Positions 62,805 through 64,000 of a stretch of 64,000 nucleotides of DNA are shown piece by piece. The position numbers and the translations under genes were made by a program. Origin of the DNA: Clostridia bacterium (GTDB taxonomy: Bacteria > Bacillota > Clostridia > UMGS1883); NCBI GenBank assembly GCA_045638945.1, contig JAZUCF010000009.1, positions 4,588-68,587 of the forward strand, given 5' to 3'. The number at the start of each line of letters is the position of its first letter. The stretch's first letter is position 1. The notes under the pieces are model-generated. The model saw only the letters and a list, made by a program, of their open reading frames with translations. It searched no databases and was not told the origin of the DNA.

Positions 62805-64000
62805 TTATTCAAGAAATCCTTTGTAATGACGCATTACCATCTGGCTTTCAACTTCTCTAACTGTTTCAAGAGCAACACCAACTACAATGAGAAGGCTTGT
62901 TCCTGTAAGCGAAAGAGCTGAAAGGTCACTTGCGGGAAGAATGTTGTAGTTATTCAATACCTGTGTAAGAATAATGGGAAGCACTGCTATAATACCAAGG
63001 AACATTGCACCGATAAGAGTAAGTCTTCCGAGAACCTTTGAAATATAATCGGTTGTGGAACGACCCGGACGGATACCGGGAATCATACCGTTGTTATTCT
63101 TGATGTTATTTGATACTTCAATGGGATTGAAAGTAATTGATGTGTAGAAATAAGTAAATCCTACAATCAAAAGGAAGTACAAGATGGGGTAAATAGCACC
63201 TGTTGTCAAAAATCTTGTCATCTTGTAAAGGAAGTCATCAGGCTGTGATCCGAAGAGCTGAGCAAGTGTTCCGGGGAAGGACATAATGCTCATTGCAAAG
63301 ATAATCGGAATAACGCCTGCCATAGCAACCTTTATCGGGATGTTAGAGCTCTGACCGCCGTACATCTTTCTTCCAACAACACGCTTTGCGTACTGAACGG
63401 GAATTCTGCGTTCTGCCTGGTTAACAAGAACAACGAACATAATGGAAAGAAGGCTGTAGAGCATCAAAACTACGAAGTAGTACCAATGTCCCTGACCTAT
63501 AAATCCTGTCCATGCTGTGAAGAACATATGGGGAACTCGGCTTACGATACCTGCAAAGATAAGCATTGAGATACCGTTACCGATTCCACGACCTGTAATC
63601 TGCTCACCAAGCCACATAAGAAATGCTGTACCTGCAGTAAATGCAAGGACGATAGTGAGTCCTACAACAAAGGGATGAACTCCGCTAACCTGTGCTATAG
63701 CACCCTGATTATGCAGTGTAACATACAGACCGTATGCCTGAACTGCTGCAAGAACTACAGTGAGATAACGTGTAAGCTTTGTAATCTTCTTTCTGCCTTC
63801 CTCGCCTTCCTTGGAGAGTCTCTCAAGGGCAGGAATAGCAATTGTGAGAAGCTGCATAATAATGGATGAATTGATGTATGGTGTGATGCTCATCGCGATA
63901 ACTGACATCTGCGAGAGACCACCACCGGAAATCATATCCATAAAGTTCAATGCTTCATAATTTTCAAGAGAAGTCTTAATAACATCTGTATTAACACCGG
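62805..64000 (-). CDS. secY: preprotein translocase subunit SecY (N-terminus beyond window end)
   Basis: The frame stays open past the internal TTG at 63950 up to base 64000. SecY motifs ITPYINSSIIMQLL and GGQSSNIPIKV are present. Confidence 0.96.
   Translation of the reverse strand, partial: GVNTDVIKTSLENYEALNFMDMISGGGLSQMSVIAMSITPYINSSIIMQLLTIAIPALERLSKEGEEGRKKITKLTRYLTVVLAAVQAYGLYVTLHNQGAIAQVSGVHPFVVGLTIVLAFTAGTAFLMWLGEQITGRGIGNGISMLIFAGIVSRVPHMFFTAWTGFIGQGHWYYFVVLMLYSLLSIMFVVLVNQAERRIPVQYAKRVVGRKMYGGQSSNIPIKVAMAGVIPIIFAMSIMSFPGTLAQLFGSQPDDFLYKMTRFLTTGAIYPILYFLLIVGFTYFYTSITFNPIEVSNNIKNNNGMIPGIRPGRSTTDYISKVLGRLTLIGAMFLGIIAVLPIILTQVLNNYNILPASDLSALSLTGTSLLIVVGVALETVREVESQMVMRHYKGFLE

Overview
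This is a 64-kb chromosomal segment from a low-GC, endospore-forming member of the Clostridia. An Oscillospiraceae/Ruminococcaceae-like origin is inferred from gene content and order, not proven. I call about 58 protein genes and found no rRNA, tRNA, CRISPR array, transposase or integrase. Layout in order: the atpD-atpC end of the ATP synthase operon (2-1359); three small conserved genes including a ytxC-like gene (1391-3564); a ~17-kb minus-strand island (3615-20648) with a divergent AraC-family regulator (20792-21742); then housekeeping genes. The island holds six consecutive signal-peptide proteins: two paralogous Asp-box/BNR double-propeller proteins; a 476-aa and a ~1786-aa protein that share a GLUG-like C-terminal module; a 1029-aa protein with DNRLRE-like x2, Ig-like x2 and a CE4 deacetylase domain; and an orphan ABC solute-binding lipoprotein. 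The housekeeping block contains a udk-like kinase, hemZ, an MBL hydrolase, relA, recJ, a BSH-family hydrolase, yabP-yabQ-divIC-yabR, uvrB-uvrA, transporters, VIT1, Ldh_2, uracil permease-upp, ZIP, an RluA-family synthase, a DUF3794/LysM protein, sigG and pgi. It continues with a 0.8-kb repeat-dense gene-free spacer, a paaK-iorA-iorB-paaK-ACT arylpyruvate operon, and the distal ribosomal cluster secY-adk-map-KOW-infA-rpmJ-rpsM-rpsK-rpsD-rpoA-rplQ. The most interesting items are: the mosaic secreted-protein island, which is the best candidate for an undescribed cell-surface glycan-processing or adhesion system; a terminator-like hairpin that buries the sigG ribosome-binding site next to a forespore-type promoter; an unannotated 42-aa ORF; and several unexplained intergenic palindromes and repeats. 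I saw no recognisable phage-defence, toxin-antitoxin or mobile-element module. All domain names come from motif recognition by eye and need HMM or structure confirmation.
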